From the NCBI GenBank assembly GCA_035528375.1, contig DATKYS010000051.1:4503-68502 (forward strand): a DNA stretch of 64,000 bases. The letters run 5' to 3'. Of this stretch, positions 8,172 through 17,963 are shown in pieces. Each line of letters begins with the position of its first letter. The stretch's first letter is position 1. A program made the translations under genes and the position numbers. The stretch comes from a bacterium. GTDB lineage: Bacteria > RBG-13-66-14. The notes under the pieces are model-generated. The model did not search any database. It had not been told where the DNA came from and saw nothing but the letters and a program-made list of their open reading frames with translations.

Positions 8172-9395
8172 ATGACCGGACTCGCCGACCTCTTGAAAAA
8201 CGTCGTCTCCGACTGGCGGCGCAACCTCATGCGCAGCATCCTCACCGCGCTGGGCATCGTCATCGCCGTGATGACGGTGGTGACGATTCTGGCGCTGGTC
8301 GGCGGCCTGGACAGCTTCGTGCGCGAGGAGATAGGCGCTCTGGGGGCCAACAGCTTCATCATCAGCCGCACGGGCGTCATCCAGAGCGAGGAGGACTGGC
8401 TCGAGGCCGCCAAGCGTCCGCGAATCACCGACGCCGAGTACTCCTCCCTCGTCCGCAGGCTCAAGGGACGGTATCTCTACGCCTCGCCGCAGGTGCGGAG
8501 CTGGCTCAACATCGAGGCCGGGGGGAAGGAGCTGCGCTACATCCGGACCTTTGGGGTGGGCGCCGACATGTACAACATCAACGAGCGTCCGCTCGAGGAG
8601 GGGAGGTACTTCACCGAGGCCGAGGTCGCCCGGCGGAGGCCGGTGACGGTCCTGGGCTACGAGGTGGCCGGTGAGCTCTTCAGCGGCCTCGACCCCCTGG
8701 GCCGCGAGGTGCGCATCGGCGGGAGGCCCTTCACCGTGGTGGGCGTGTACGCGGAGCAGGGCCGGCTCATGGGCCAGTCCACCGACGACTTCGCCGACAT
8801 CCCCTACTCCACCTTCCGCAAGTACTACGGCTTCCGCAGCCCGGTGAGCATCTACCTCCGCGCGCGCTCCCAGGAGGAGGTCTCCGAGCTATCGTACGAG
8901 GCCCAGCAGGCGTTCCGCACCGTCCGCCACCTGGCGCCCGGGGAGCCGGACAACTTCGGCGTCGTCTCCGAGAAGCTCCTGGTGTCCGTCTTCGAGCAGA
9001 TGACCGGCGTCATCTTCGGCGTGATGATTGTAGTGGGCGGCATCAGCCTCCTGGTGGGCGGCATCGGCATCATGAACGTGATGCTGGTGGCCGTGAGCGA
9101 AAGGACGCGGGAGATAGGCATCCGCAAGGCGGTGGGGGCGCGGCGCTCGGACATCCTGCGCCAGTTCCTCACCGAGGCGCTCCTGGTGACGGTGGTGGGC
9201 GGGGTCATCGGGGTGGGGCTGGGGGCGCTGGTGGCCAACCTCATCGGGGGCGCGGTGGAGCTGCCCGTCGAGGTTTCCGCCGGCTCCGTGGCGCTGGCCA
9301 TGATCTTCTGCGGGGTGGTGGGGGTGAGCTTCGGCATATTCCCGGCGCTCAAGGCCGCCCGCCTGGACCCCATCGTCGCGCTGCAGAAGACGTAG
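8172..9395 (+). CDS. ABC transporter permease, MacB/FtsX family (periplasmic MacB-PCD + 4 TM FtsX domain)
   Basis: N-terminal TM helix, a roughly 200-aa periplasmic domain, then an FtsX-like 3-TM bundle with ...SERTREIGIRKAVGARRSDILRQFLTEA.... No ATPase or MFP gene is adjacent. Confidence 0.8.
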   Translation: MTGLADLLKNVVSDWRRNLMRSILTALGIVIAVMTVVTILALVGGLDSFVREEIGALGANSFIISRTGVIQSEEDWLEAAKRPRITDAEYSSLVRRLKGRYLYASPQVRSWLNIEAGGKELRYIRTFGVGADMYNINERPLEEGRYFTEAEVARRRPVTVLGYEVAGELFSGLDPLGREVRIGGRPFTVVGVYAEQGRLMGQSTDDFADIPYSTFRKYYGFRSPVSIYLRARSQEEVSELSYEAQQAFRTVRHLAPGEPDNFGVVSEKLLVSVFEQMTGVIFGVMIVVGGISLLVGGIGIMNVMLVAVSERTREIGIRKAVGARRSDILRQFLTEALLVTVVGGVIGVGLGALVANLIGGAVELPVEVSAGSVALAMIFCGVVGVSFGIFPALKAARLDPIVALQKT

Positions 9396-9399
9396 GGAC

Positions 9400-9700
9400 G
9401 GTTTTTCCCGAATGTAGGGCGGGGGGTTTTTTCCCCGCCTTTTTATAAGGTAGCCCTCACCCTATCCCTCTCCCACAGGGAGAGGGGACCGCGCCGACCC
9501 TCACCCGCGGATTGCGACGACGTAGGGGCGGGTATCCACACCCGCCCGTTTTTGCCCCTCACCCTAGCCCTCTCCCCAGAGGGGAGAGGGGACACGCGGC
9601 AACCCTAATCCCGACCCTCTCCTAAATGTAGGCGGGGATTTTAACCGAGCGAAGCGAGCTATGCCCCCGGCAAATCCCCGCCGTTTTTTAACGACCATCC
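9400..9700. repeat. REP-like palindromic element cluster
   Basis: Contains gtagggcggggggttttttccccgcc, ccctctcccacagggagagggg, gtaggggcgggtatccacacccgccc, ccctctccccagaggggagagggg and gtaggcggggattttaacc. Confidence 0.75.
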
Positions 9701-9710
9701 CCTCCGTTTT

Positions 9711-10212
9711 TTACCGGCCCACGGTCACCAGCCCCCGCATCGCCGCCAGCTTCCCCTCCCCGATCCCCTCCACCCGCAGCAAGTCGTCAACGGAGGAATA
9801 GGGCCTCCCCGCGATGATTCTGCGCGACAGCACCTCGCCGATGCCCGGCAGCCTTTCGAGCTCCCAGGCCGGGGCGCGGTTCAAATCGAACGGCCCCGTC
9901 GGTTCCGCCCGGGACCCGAGCCAGCGGCGGTCGAACCAGACCAGCGCCGGCAGGCCCGGCGTCACCCGGGGCAGCGAGGCGGCGAGAGCGGGTTCGCCCC
10001 CGGCCCGGCGGTAGATGTAGGCCAGATCGGGTGTGGTCCCCCGGAGGAAGGGGTAGGCGCCGGGACGGGCCACGGCGTCACCGAAGACGAAGGCGTAGTC
10101 CACCGCGGGTTTTTCACCCGGGGGCGGGGGATGGGGCTGGTCGAGGAGGATGAAGAGGGCCGCCGCGAGGGCGAGCGCGACCACGGCGGCGGTTTCGGCG
10201 CGGCCGATCAAC
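9711..10212 (-). CDS. ComEA-like helix-hairpin-helix DNA-binding protein (N-terminal TM anchor); start codon uncertain (possible TTG overlapping the TPR stop)
   Basis: C-terminal ...FDLNRAPAWELERLPGIGEVLSRRIIAGRPYSSVDDLLRVEGIGEGKLAAMRGLV is a tandem HhH (ComEA) motif. TM helix AAVVALALAAALFILL. The ATG-initiated 251-aa ORF in the track has an implausible N-terminal extension that overlaps the TPR gene. Confidence 0.55.
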
Positions 10213-11131
10213 GCTCCAGCTCGGCGACGGCGGCGACGTTGTGGGGGTCCAGGACGAGCACCCGTTCCCAGAGCTCGCGGGCCTCCGCGTCCCGGTCCGT
10301 GGCCCTGAGCCACTTGGTGACAATCTGGACCAAATTGTTGTCCAGGCGGCCGCGCTCGAGCATGGCCCGGGTCGCCTCCAGGGCGGCGGGGAAATCGCCC
10401 TGCCGGACCGAGACTATGCCCACGGCCCGCCAGGCGGAACCGCTCCCCGTCTGGTCGGCGCACCACCGCCCGGCCAGTTCCTGGGCCGGGATCAGCTCAT
10501 CCTTCTCGTAGTAAATCTCGAACAGCGGCTCGAAGGCGTAAGCGAAGGAGGGGTTGAGCTCCAGCGTACGCTCGAAGGCGCTCTGGGCCTCGTCCTTGAT
10601 GTCATTGAACAGGGCGGCCATGCCGTGGAGGTAGTGGTAGTCGGGTCGGGCGGGGTCGAGGTCCACCAGGCGCCGGGTGAGCGGCAACGCCTCGAGCGTG
10701 TCGCCCTGCTGGAGGAGGCTCTCGGCCAGACCGGCCAGGACCGGCGGGTTGTCCGGCAACAGCTTGTCGGACATGCGGAACATCTCCACCGCGTTGCCGT
10801 AATCCCTCACGTACTTGAAGATTATCCCGAGGTTCTGGAGGAAGATGGGGTCGCCCTGGTATTCGCCGATGAGCGGCTGGAGGAGGCGGAGCGCTTCCTC
10901 GTACCGGCCCCGGGCCAGCGCCACCTGCCCCAGACCGTTAATCGCCGCCGGGTAGCCCGGCTCGAGCTCCAGGGCCCGGTTGAAAGAGACCACCGCGTCC
11001 TCGTAGTTCCCCTCGCGCAGCGCCACGTTCCCGTCGCCCACCAGCTCCAGGGCCGAGTCGCCGACCGCCGGGGCAACGAGAACCAGGAGCGTGAAAAGAA
11101 CTTTTATCGCGGGGTCGCCCATACCCTTCAC
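10208..11131 (-). CDS. Secreted TPR-repeat protein
   Basis: Signal peptide MKGMGDPAIKVLFTLLVLVAPAVG followed by multiple 34-aa TPR-like repeats (...YEDAVVSFNRALELEPGY..., ...YEEALRLLQPLI...). Confidence 0.7.
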   Translation of the reverse strand: MKGMGDPAIKVLFTLLVLVAPAVGDSALELVGDGNVALREGNYEDAVVSFNRALELEPGYPAAINGLGQVALARGRYEEALRLLQPLIGEYQGDPIFLQNLGIIFKYVRDYGNAVEMFRMSDKLLPDNPPVLAGLAESLLQQGDTLEALPLTRRLVDLDPARPDYHYLHGMAALFNDIKDEAQSAFERTLELNPSFAYAFEPLFEIYYEKDELIPAQELAGRWCADQTGSGSAWRAVGIVSVRQGDFPAALEATRAMLERGRLDNNLVQIVTKWLRATDRDAEARELWERVLVLDPHNVAAVAELER

Positions 11132-11433
11132 TCTTCCAGTTGCGCGGCCAGGAGCCTTTCGACCTCCTCCGCCGTCAGGCCGGTGACGGCGGCGAGCTTG
11201 TCCCGGCTCCCGAACCCCCGTACCAACTCGACCCGGTTCCGGGGGATTCCCAACAGTTCGGCCAGGAGCCCCACCGCCTCGGCGTTGGCCCGACCGTCGA
11301 GAGGCGGGCTTTTCAGGCGGAGCTTCAGCGCCCCGCCGTGGAGGCCGGCCGGCCCGGCGCGTCGCGACCGCGGCTGGACGTGGAGCGGGACCAGCGCGCG
11401 TCCGGACGCGTCCTCGCCGACCTTAAGGGGCAC
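11128..11433 (-). CDS. DUF167/YggU-family protein
   Basis: 101 aa with ...LKLRLKSPPLDGRANAEAVGLLAELLGIPRNRVELVRGFGSRDK..., the YggU signature. It overlaps its neighbours by 4-11 nt. Confidence 0.65.
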   Translation of the reverse strand: MPLKVGEDASGRALVPLHVQPRSRRAGPAGLHGGALKLRLKSPPLDGRANAEAVGLLAELLGIPRNRVELVRGFGSRDKLAAVTGLTAEEVERLLAAQLEE

Positions 11434-11965
11434 GGCCCGCGTCTTCGGGATTATCCAGGTCCAGCTCCACGGGCACCTCCGGCGCGGGTCGCACCGGCCG
11501 CGGGGAATTCTTGTAGCCGCGGAGCTCCAGCTCGTCGAGGAGGTTCATCTGGGCCTGCAGGAAGGCCCGCATCTCGGTGATGTACACCAGACGCTGCTGG
11601 CTCAGCTGGGCCAGCTCGGCCTTGATCTCGTCGCGGCGGCGCTGGGCTTCCATGATCAGCTCCTCCGCCCGGAGCTCGGCCTCCCGGATGATCAGGTCGC
11701 GCTTACTCTCGGCGTTCTTGGTCATGTCCTCGGAGGCCTGGGTGGCCGCCATCAGCGTCTTCTCGATGCTCTTCTCCAGGCGGCGGTACTCGCCCAGGGA
11801 AGCCTCCAGCCCCTTGAGCTGGTCCCGGAGCTTGGTGTTGTCCTGGTGCACGTGCTCCAGCTCGTCGGCCACCCGCTCGAGGAAGGCGTCCACCTCCTCG
11901 ACGGTGTAGCCCCGCACCGAGCGGTTGAATTCCTGGCGGTGGATGTCCTGCGGCGTAATCCTCAC
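11423..11965 (-). CDS. divIVA: DivIVA-domain cell-division protein
   Basis: N-terminus MRITPQDIHRQEFNRSVRGYTVEEVDAFLERVADELE is the canonical DivIVA N-domain, followed by a coiled coil. Confidence 0.8.
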   Translation of the reverse strand: MRITPQDIHRQEFNRSVRGYTVEEVDAFLERVADELEHVHQDNTKLRDQLKGLEASLGEYRRLEKSIEKTLMAATQASEDMTKNAESKRDLIIREAELRAEELIMEAQRRRDEIKAELAQLSQQRLVYITEMRAFLQAQMNLLDELELRGYKNSPRPVRPAPEVPVELDLDNPEDAGRAP

Positions 11966-12157
11966 CGGCGGCTCCTGGTCTGTGGTGGAAAGAGAGGTTT
12001 AAGTTTCCATAATTATAGGCCCATCCGGGTCGCATGACAAGCCGCGGGCGTCAAAAAGGGTCCCCGCGCCGGCTTCCCCCTCTCCCCGTGGGTGGCCTGC
12101 AGTGTCTCCCCTCTCCCTGTGGGAGCGGCGCGCCGACGGGACGGGGTGAGGGCTTCC

Positions 12158-12526
12158 TTATTCCAAATATTTCGCTATCTCCGCCAACACAGCATCAATA
12201 TTCGCCAAGACATCATTACACCAGAACCGCAAAACAGTAATTCCCTGCCCCCTCAAAAACTCATCCCTCCGCCGATCATACTCCGCCTGTTCCGGTTGCG
12301 CATGTTGCCCGCCATCCACTTCCACCGCCAGGTCAGCCTCCGAGCAGAAGAAATCCAAGATGTAATTGCCGGTTACGTGCTGACGGCGGAACTTGGCCTT
12401 TATCAGTCGGCGGTCCCGCAAGAGACGCCAGAGCTTTCTCTCGGCTAGGGTCAGGTTCCGCCGCAGGGAGCGGGAGTGCTCGACCAGCTTGGGGGGCAGT
12501 TCGCCCTGTGGATGATGCAGAGACAT
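12158..12526 (-). CDS. DUF559 (Vsr-like very-short-patch endonuclease fold) protein
   Basis: ...LTLAERKLWRLLRDRRLIKAKFRRQHVTGNYILDFFCSEADLAVEVDGGQHAQ...DRRRDEFLRGQGITVLRFWCNDV. The distal part is AT-richer than its surroundings. The N-terminal extension in the track overlaps a REP element, so the start is set at MSLHHPQ. Confidence 0.65.
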   Translation of the reverse strand: MSLHHPQGELPPKLVEHSRSLRRNLTLAERKLWRLLRDRRLIKAKFRRQHVTGNYILDFFCSEADLAVEVDGGQHAQPEQAEYDRRRDEFLRGQGITVLRFWCNDVLANIDAVLAEIAKYLE

Positions 12527-12529
12527 TTT

Positions 12530-12680
12530 TATAAGGAAGCCCTCACCCCGGCCCTCTCCCACAGGGAGAGGGAGACGTAGGGCGGCCCCGTAGGACGAGT
12601 CCTCTGCGGGCCGCTTCGTTCACCCCCCTCCCTGGCCCGTAGGCACGCCTCCCCCCAGTGGGGGGAGGGGATTGCGGCGG
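12530..12680. repeat. REP-like palindromic elements
   Basis: ccctctcccacagggagaggg and ccccccagtggggggagggg units flank gtagggcggcccc. Confidence 0.7.
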
Positions 12681-12683
12681 CCC

Positions 12684-13382
12684 TCACCACCCGCCGCCCC
12701 GGGCCAGGTCGTGCCACTCGCCCAGAAAGCCCATGAAGGTCCGGCAGAAGCGGAACATCTCCACCGCCTCCTCCAGCCAGCCCCGCCGGTCGAGCCAGTC
12801 GCCGGGCTCCCGGGGCGCGTAGGTCACCAGCCCCTTGTAGAGGAAGAGGTCGGGGTGGGGCAGATCGAGCCCCCGGGCCTCGGGGGGCGCGCGCTTGAGC
12901 TGGGGCGCCGAGAGGGGATACTTTTCCGAAACGCGGGACACCTCGTCGCCGAACCGCCGGTTGATCCCCGGGTCGGCCACCCAGCTCCGGTAGGCGCGGA
13001 CGGCGGCCGGGGACGGCGCGTACCACCCGTTGGTCCAGAAAACCTCGTCCGTGGCAAAGTGGAGGTAGAGGCAGGGACTGTCCGAGCGGTCGCCCCGGTA
13101 GATCAGGAGGCCCAGGTGGGTCTTGTACGGCGACTTGTCCTTGGAGAAGCGCACGTCGCGGTTGACCCGGTAGAGGCTTTTATTGACCCGCGGGTCGGCG
13201 ACGTAGCCCGGGTAAAGCGACCCGATCCGCCCCCAGACCCAGCCCAGAATCTCCCGCAGGGCCGGGACCAGGACGTAGTCGTAGTAGTGCCGGTTCTCCT
13301 CGAACCAGCTCCGGGCGTTGTTGCGGGCGAGGTCCCGGAGGAACTCTATCCCCGCGGAGGGGAAAACGGGGTGCCCGGCCAT
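12684..13382 (-). CDS. DUF2461-family protein (TIGR02453-like)
   Basis: ...YVADPRVNKSLYRVNRDVRFSKDKSPYKTHLGLLI... is the signature of this conserved hypothetical family. Confidence 0.65.
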   Translation of the reverse strand: MAGHPVFPSAGIEFLRDLARNNARSWFEENRHYYDYVLVPALREILGWVWGRIGSLYPGYVADPRVNKSLYRVNRDVRFSKDKSPYKTHLGLLIYRGDRSDSPCLYLHFATDEVFWTNGWYAPSPAAVRAYRSWVADPGINRRFGDEVSRVSEKYPLSAPQLKRAPPEARGLDLPHPDLFLYKGLVTYAPREPGDWLDRRGWLEEAVEMFRFCRTFMGFLGEWHDLARGGGW

Positions 13383-13543
13383 GTGTGCTCCCGTCGTCGG
13401 CTACCGTATCATTTTAACCCGGCTGCGCCGCCCTGTCAGCCCGGTCTACCGTATCGGCCGTCCTTGGTTTATAATGACCGAAAAGCTCACCCACCACTTT
13501 CCCGGTGCAGACGAGCTGCGCCACCGACCGGAGGCCGGAGAAG

Positions 13544-14773
13544 ATGGCCGTCGAGATTCGACCCGTGGAGACCAAGAAAGAGCTGAAGGAGTTCATCTAC
13601 CTGCCCCGGAAGATATACGCCGGGGTTCCCCAGTGGGTGCCGCCCTTCTACGACGAGGAGCGGAAGTACTACGACCCGAGGAAGAACCCGGCCTTCGCCT
13701 CCGCCGAGGCCAAGTGCTTCCTGGCGTACTCCGACGGCGTGTTGGTGGGGCGGATCATGGGCATCGTCTCCCATAAAATGAACGATCGGTGGGCCACCAA
13801 GAACGCCCACTTCTGCCTCCTGGAATCCCCCGACGACCTCGAGGTGGCTCGGGGGCTCCTGGGCGCCGTGGAGGACTGGGCCAAGGCCGCGGGCATGGAA
13901 ACCATCACCGGCCCCCACGGCTTCTCCGACCAGGACCCCGAGGGGATGCTGGTCGCGGGCTTCGAGCACCGCGCCACCATCGCCACCTACTACAACTTCC
14001 CCTACCTCCCCGGGCTGGTCGAGCGGTGCGGCTTCGCCAAGGACTACGACTACCGCGTCTTCTGGATAAAAATCCCCGACGAGGCGCCGGCGGTGTACCT
14101 GAAAATAATGGAGCGCCTCGAGCGTCAGGGCTTCGTCCTGGTGGAGTTCGAGACGAAGAAGGAGCTGAAGGCCCACCTGGACAACTTCGTGGTCATCATC
14201 AACGACACCTTCGAACAGATCTACGGCTACGCCCACATGACCCCCGAGGAGGGTCGGGCCCTCATAGACTCCTACCTGCCCATCATAGACCCCCACTTCA
14301 TGAAGTACATCTACCGGGTCCCCAGGGAAGAAATCGGGCGGCCGGTGGATCCCAAGACGGACGAGGTGGTGGGCTTCATCGTGGGCATGCCCGACATCAC
14401 CGAGGGCATCCAGAAGGCGAAGGGGAACGTGCTCCCCTTCGGCATCTTCAAGATTCTCAAGGCGCGTAACACCACCAGGCAGCTCGACCTCTTCTACGCC
14501 GGGGTGAGGGAGAAGTACCGCAACCTGGGGCTGACCACCATGTTCGCCGTGGGGCTCATCCGGGACGCCAAGGCGCGGGGGCTGGAGTACATAGACGCCC
14601 ACCAGGAGCTGGAGTTCAACTCGAAGGTCCACGAGGAGTGGGGCCGCTTCGAGCACCGGGAGTGGAAGCGCCTGCGCATCTTCGTGAAGGAGCTGGTGCC
14701 GGGCGGCCTGAAGCGTGACCAGGCCAACACCGAGGAGGCCGTCCCGCGGCACATGATGCCGGGCGGGGAGTAA
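13544..14773 (+). CDS. Uncharacterised approx. 400-aa protein with acyl-CoA N-acyltransferase (GNAT/FemAB-like) fold features; paralog 1 of 2
   Basis: MAVEIRPVETKKELKEFIYLPRKIYAGVPQWVPPF... GGAGG RBS before the ATG at 13544. The 5' extension in the track is rejected. The function call is weak. Confidence 0.5.
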   Translation: MAVEIRPVETKKELKEFIYLPRKIYAGVPQWVPPFYDEERKYYDPRKNPAFASAEAKCFLAYSDGVLVGRIMGIVSHKMNDRWATKNAHFCLLESPDDLEVARGLLGAVEDWAKAAGMETITGPHGFSDQDPEGMLVAGFEHRATIATYYNFPYLPGLVERCGFAKDYDYRVFWIKIPDEAPAVYLKIMERLERQGFVLVEFETKKELKAHLDNFVVIINDTFEQIYGYAHMTPEEGRALIDSYLPIIDPHFMKYIYRVPREEIGRPVDPKTDEVVGFIVGMPDITEGIQKAKGNVLPFGIFKILKARNTTRQLDLFYAGVREKYRNLGLTTMFAVGLIRDAKARGLEYIDAHQELEFNSKVHEEWGRFEHREWKRLRIFVKELVPGGLKRDQANTEEAVPRHMMPGGE

Positions 14774-14779
14774 ATGCTC

Positions 14780-14868
14780 CCTCCCCCCCTGGGGGGAGGC
14801 GCGCCTTGGGCTTGGGTGTGGGGCGGGCGGGTGTGGACACCCGCCCCTACAAATTACTCCAAGGGGCG
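14780..14868. repeat. REP-like elements (GTAGGGGCGGGTGTCCACACCCGCCC family)
   Basis: gggcgggcgggtgtggacacccgcccctac lies between the two paralogs. Confidence 0.7.
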
Positions 14869-14870
14869 CC

Positions 14871-16097
14871 ATGCCGTTGGAAATCCGCGAAGTCGTAGGT
14901 AAAAAAGAACTGAAGGCGTTCATCCGCCTGCCGGTAGGCATCTACCGCGGCGTGCCCCAGTGGGTGCCCCCCATCTGGTCCGACGAGCGCACCTTCCACG
15001 ACCCGGCGAAGTACCCGGCCTACCGGACCGCCGACGCGGTCCGCTACCTGGCCTGGCGCTCCGGCGCTCCGGTGGGGCGCGTCATGGGCATCGTCCAGAG
15101 GAGGATGAACGAGCGCTGGCGCATCAAAAACGCGCGGTTCACCTTTCTGGAATGCCCCGACGAGCGGGAAATCTGCGCGGCCCTCCTGGGGGCGGTCGAG
15201 GGCTGGGCCCGCGAACGCGGAATGGAGACCGTCACCGGGCCCCACGGCTTCTCCGATCAGGACTGCCAGGGGATGCTCATCCACGGCTTCGAGCACCGCG
15301 CGACCATAGAGACCTTCTACAACCTCCCCTACCTGCCGAAACTCGTGGAGGCGTGCGGCTACTCCAAGGATTTCGATTACCGGGTGTTCCGGGTCCCCAT
15401 CCCCGCCGCGCCGCCGCCGGTGTACGTGAAGGTCAAGGAGCGCCTGGAGCGCCGGGGCTTCGTCCTGGTCGAGTTCACCAAGAGGAAGGCCCTCCTCCCC
15501 CACATCCCCGACTTCGTCCGCATCTACAACGACACCTTCGACGAGATTTACGGTTTCGTGTCCCTGACCGCCGAGGAGGGGAAGAAGCTCATCAGCGACT
15601 ACCTGCCCGTCCTCGACCCCCGGTTCGTGAAGTTCATCTACAAGCTGCCGCCCGGGGAGCGCGGTCGGCCCGTCGTGCCCGGCTCCGACGAGGTCGTCGC
15701 CTTCTTCATCGGCATCCCCGACATGACCGAGGGCATCCAGGCGGCCGGTGGGAGGCTCTTCCCCTTCGGTTTTTTGAAAATCATGGCCGCCCAGAAGAGG
15801 ACGGAGCAGCTCGACCTGATGATCGCCGGGGTGACGAAGGCGTACCGGAACCGTGGTCTGGCCGCCATGTTCGGCGTGGGGCTCATCCGCGACGCCAACG
15901 CCGCCGGCTTCACCTACGCCGACGCGCACCAGGAGTTGGAGTTCAACACCAAGGTCCAGGCGGAGATGCTGCGCTTCGGGGCGCGGGAGTACAAGAGGAT
16001 GCGTGTGTACAAGAAGGAGGTCGCGCCGGGGGGGCTGGAGCGCTACGACAACGCCTTCGAGCACCACCACGGCTTCGGCGTGGATGACCCGCTGTGA
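14871..16097 (+). CDS. Paralog 2 of the GNAT/FemAB-like approx. 400-aa family
   Basis: MPLEIREVVGKKELKAFIRLPVGIYRGVPQWVPPIW... It is colinear with 13544..14773 throughout. Confidence 0.5.
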   Translation: MPLEIREVVGKKELKAFIRLPVGIYRGVPQWVPPIWSDERTFHDPAKYPAYRTADAVRYLAWRSGAPVGRVMGIVQRRMNERWRIKNARFTFLECPDEREICAALLGAVEGWARERGMETVTGPHGFSDQDCQGMLIHGFEHRATIETFYNLPYLPKLVEACGYSKDFDYRVFRVPIPAAPPPVYVKVKERLERRGFVLVEFTKRKALLPHIPDFVRIYNDTFDEIYGFVSLTAEEGKKLISDYLPVLDPRFVKFIYKLPPGERGRPVVPGSDEVVAFFIGIPDMTEGIQAAGGRLFPFGFLKIMAAQKRTEQLDLMIAGVTKAYRNRGLAAMFGVGLIRDANAAGFTYADAHQELEFNTKVQAEMLRFGAREYKRMRVYKKEVAPGGLERYDNAFEHHHGFGVDDPL

Positions 16098-16099
16098 AT

Positions 16100-16300
16100 T
16101 GCACGTCACCCTCGTAGGGGCCGACCTTCAGGTCGGCCCGTGTTTTCCCTCTCCCTTTTAGGGAGAGGGTTGGGGTGAGGGGCGGGCGGGTGTGGACACC
16201 CGCCCCTACGTCATCGCAATCCGCGCGGCGCGGGCCGGGGTGAGGGGCGAGGTAAAAAAGCAGCGGGGATTAAAGTCCCCGCCATGCATTTTAATTGACG
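16100..16300. repeat. REP-like palindromic element cluster
   Basis: gtaggggccgaccttcaggtcggcccg, ctctcccttttagggagagg, gggcgggcgggtgtggacacccgcccctac and gcggggattaaagtccccgcc. Confidence 0.75.
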
Positions 16301-16359
16301 TCGGCCAACCACCGAACCGGCGCGCATGAACGCACGGCCCCGGACGACCGACCGCCGAC

Positions 16360-16947
16360 CTAGTGGACCAGGAACTCGAAGGAGCCCACCGCGACGGGTA
16401 TCTCCTTGACCCAGGCGTACCCGCCGCTGTCGAACTCGAAGGGACCGGCCAGCTCGACGTAGTAGGTGTACACGACGCGGTACGACCCGGTGACCACGAC
16501 GGGCGGATCGCCCCACTCCCGGCCGCAGTTCTCGATGGTCCGCACCCGGTTCTCGGCGTCCAGGCCGAACTCGCTGGGCAGGATACCCAGCATCGTGGCC
16601 TGGTCCTTGCTTCCCTTGAAGGGGCTTCCAATCTTCGTCCAGGTGTAGAGCGGCACCTCGCTCCCCGGCGCGTAAACCTCCAGGCGGTGGCCCGACGAAA
16701 GCACCTTCTCCGCCCCGGTCTCCACCTTGATCAGGCCGATGTGCATGGAGTAGTTGTAGGGCAGGTAGGCGCGGGCGTAGATGGTGATGTCGGCGCCGAA
16801 AACGAAGGAGTCCCGCGTGTAGTACTCCGTCGCCGGCTTTTCCACGGTCATCGGCTGGTCGGAGAAGTAGATGACCCCGACCTTGGCGGCGAGGGCCGCG
16901 GAGCAGAGAACGAGCAGCAGGGCCGCGGCGAACTTGAGTCGGCGCAT
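16360..16947 (-). CDS. Secreted hypothetical protein
   Basis: Only this frame carries a Sec signal peptide (MRRLKFAAALLLVLCSAALAAKVG). Three overlapping ORFs in other frames are rejected. Confidence 0.5.
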   Translation of the reverse strand: MRRLKFAAALLLVLCSAALAAKVGVIYFSDQPMTVEKPATEYYTRDSFVFGADITIYARAYLPYNYSMHIGLIKVETGAEKVLSSGHRLEVYAPGSEVPLYTWTKIGSPFKGSKDQATMLGILPSEFGLDAENRVRTIENCGREWGDPPVVVTGSYRVVYTYYVELAGPFEFDSGGYAWVKEIPVAVGSFEFLVH

Positions 16948-17039
16948 GGCGCACCTCCCGGTGCGGTATTTACTTACGTTTAATACTTATACACCCGAAA
17001 ACACACGCCGTCAAGACGTTCCGTGAATTCCCCTGTGGA

Positions 17040-17440
17040 TGGGCCCGTGGGGTGACGGAAAAAAAGCGGATGTGGACACCCGCCCCTACGGGTGAGGCGT
17101 AATTTATTCGTCACCCTCGTAGGGGCCGACCGACGGCGCGCCGTTTAGGTCGGCCCGCGGGTGACCGTGGACGGTCGCCCCTACGTCACTCAATCCACGA
17201 GTCACGGGTCGCTGCATATCCCTTCTCCCTTTCAGGGAGAGGCTCGCCTACGGGTTAGGGTGAGGGTCAAGGTTGGGAACGTATAAAACGCGGCGGCCCG
17301 CAGGGGATGTATCCCACGGGGCCGCCCTACATGTATGCAGAAAGCGGCGAATAAACGGGTGGGGTACGGAGCCCCCGCCATACGTTAAAACGCACAGAGG
17401 TGTATAACCGAACGGCCTAGCGCGAACTTCCACCCCCCTA
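17040..17440. repeat. REP-like palindromic element cluster
   Basis: gtggacacccgcccctac, gtaggggccgaccgacggcgcgccgtttaggtcggcccgcggg, gaccgtggacggtcgcccctac, ctctccctttcagggagagg and cggcccgcaggggatgtatcccacggggccgccctac. Confidence 0.75.
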
Positions 17441-17450
17441 CCAGCCCAAC

Positions 17451-17963
17451 CTACTTCGGCAGGTTGGCCTCGATCTTGGCCCGGAAAGTCTCTTCCATCT
17501 GGGACCCGACGAGCACCTCCACCAGGTCCCCCCGGGCGATGATGAAGGTGACCGGGATGGCCTGGTGGGCGTAGAACCTGTTGGCCTCCTCGTTAGAGGC
17601 GAATGGCTCCTCGGCGGCCAGGAGCACCGGCACGGAGATGCCCAGGTCGTCCACCATGCCCTGGGCCAGGGCGGGCGCGGTGTCCTCGGTGACATAAATG
17701 AGCTGGAAGGGCTTGCCCTCGTACTCCTTGGCCAGCCGTAGCATGCCGGGCACCTCTACGCGGCACGGCTCGCACCAGCTGGCGAAGAAGTTGAGGAAGA
17801 CCAGATCGTCAAAATAGTCGGAAAGTTTGTACATCTTGCCGTCGAGCCCCGAGGCCTCGAAGTCCACGGCGGGATTGCCCAGGGTGCCGCCGCCCCCGCC
17901 GCAGCCCGCGGCCAGGATGAGCGCGACCGCCGCCGCAGCGACGGAAAGGGTCAACTTACGCAT
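17451..17963 (-). CDS. Thioredoxin-fold thiol:disulfide oxidoreductase lipoprotein (TlpA/ResA family)
   Basis: Lipoprotein signal [21 protein letters not shown]. Thioredoxin active site [12 protein letters not shown]. Its start overlaps the rpmE stop by 8 nt. Confidence 0.8.
   Translation of the reverse strand: MRKLTLSVAAAAVALILAAGCGGGGGTLGNPAVDFEASGLDGKMYKLSDYFDDLVFLNFFASWCEPCRVEVPGMLRLAKEYEGKPFQLIYVTEDTAPALAQGMVDDLGISVPVLLAAEEPFASNEEANRFYAHQAIPVTFIIARGDLVEVLVGSQMEETFRAKIEANLPK

Noticed and set aside
12034-12160. tRNA or other structured RNA in the divIVA-DUF559 gap
   Set aside because: No T-arm GTTCRANYC or anticodon-stem features are recognisable. The sequence is composed of REP-like CCCCTCTCCC/GGGAGAGGG units.
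13487-16109. Long minus-strand ORFs (484 aa, 420 aa) antisense to the tandem approx. 400-aa paralogs
   Set aside because: They are typical high-GC antisense frames with no signal, motif or RBS. The plus-strand paralogs have clear conserved blocks and RBSs.
16206-16983. Three additional overlapping ORFs (16211..16954, 16206..16631, 16363..16983) at the secreted-protein locus
   Set aside because: Only the 16360..16947 minus frame has a canonical Sec signal peptide and balanced composition. The others are R/G/P-rich alternative frames.
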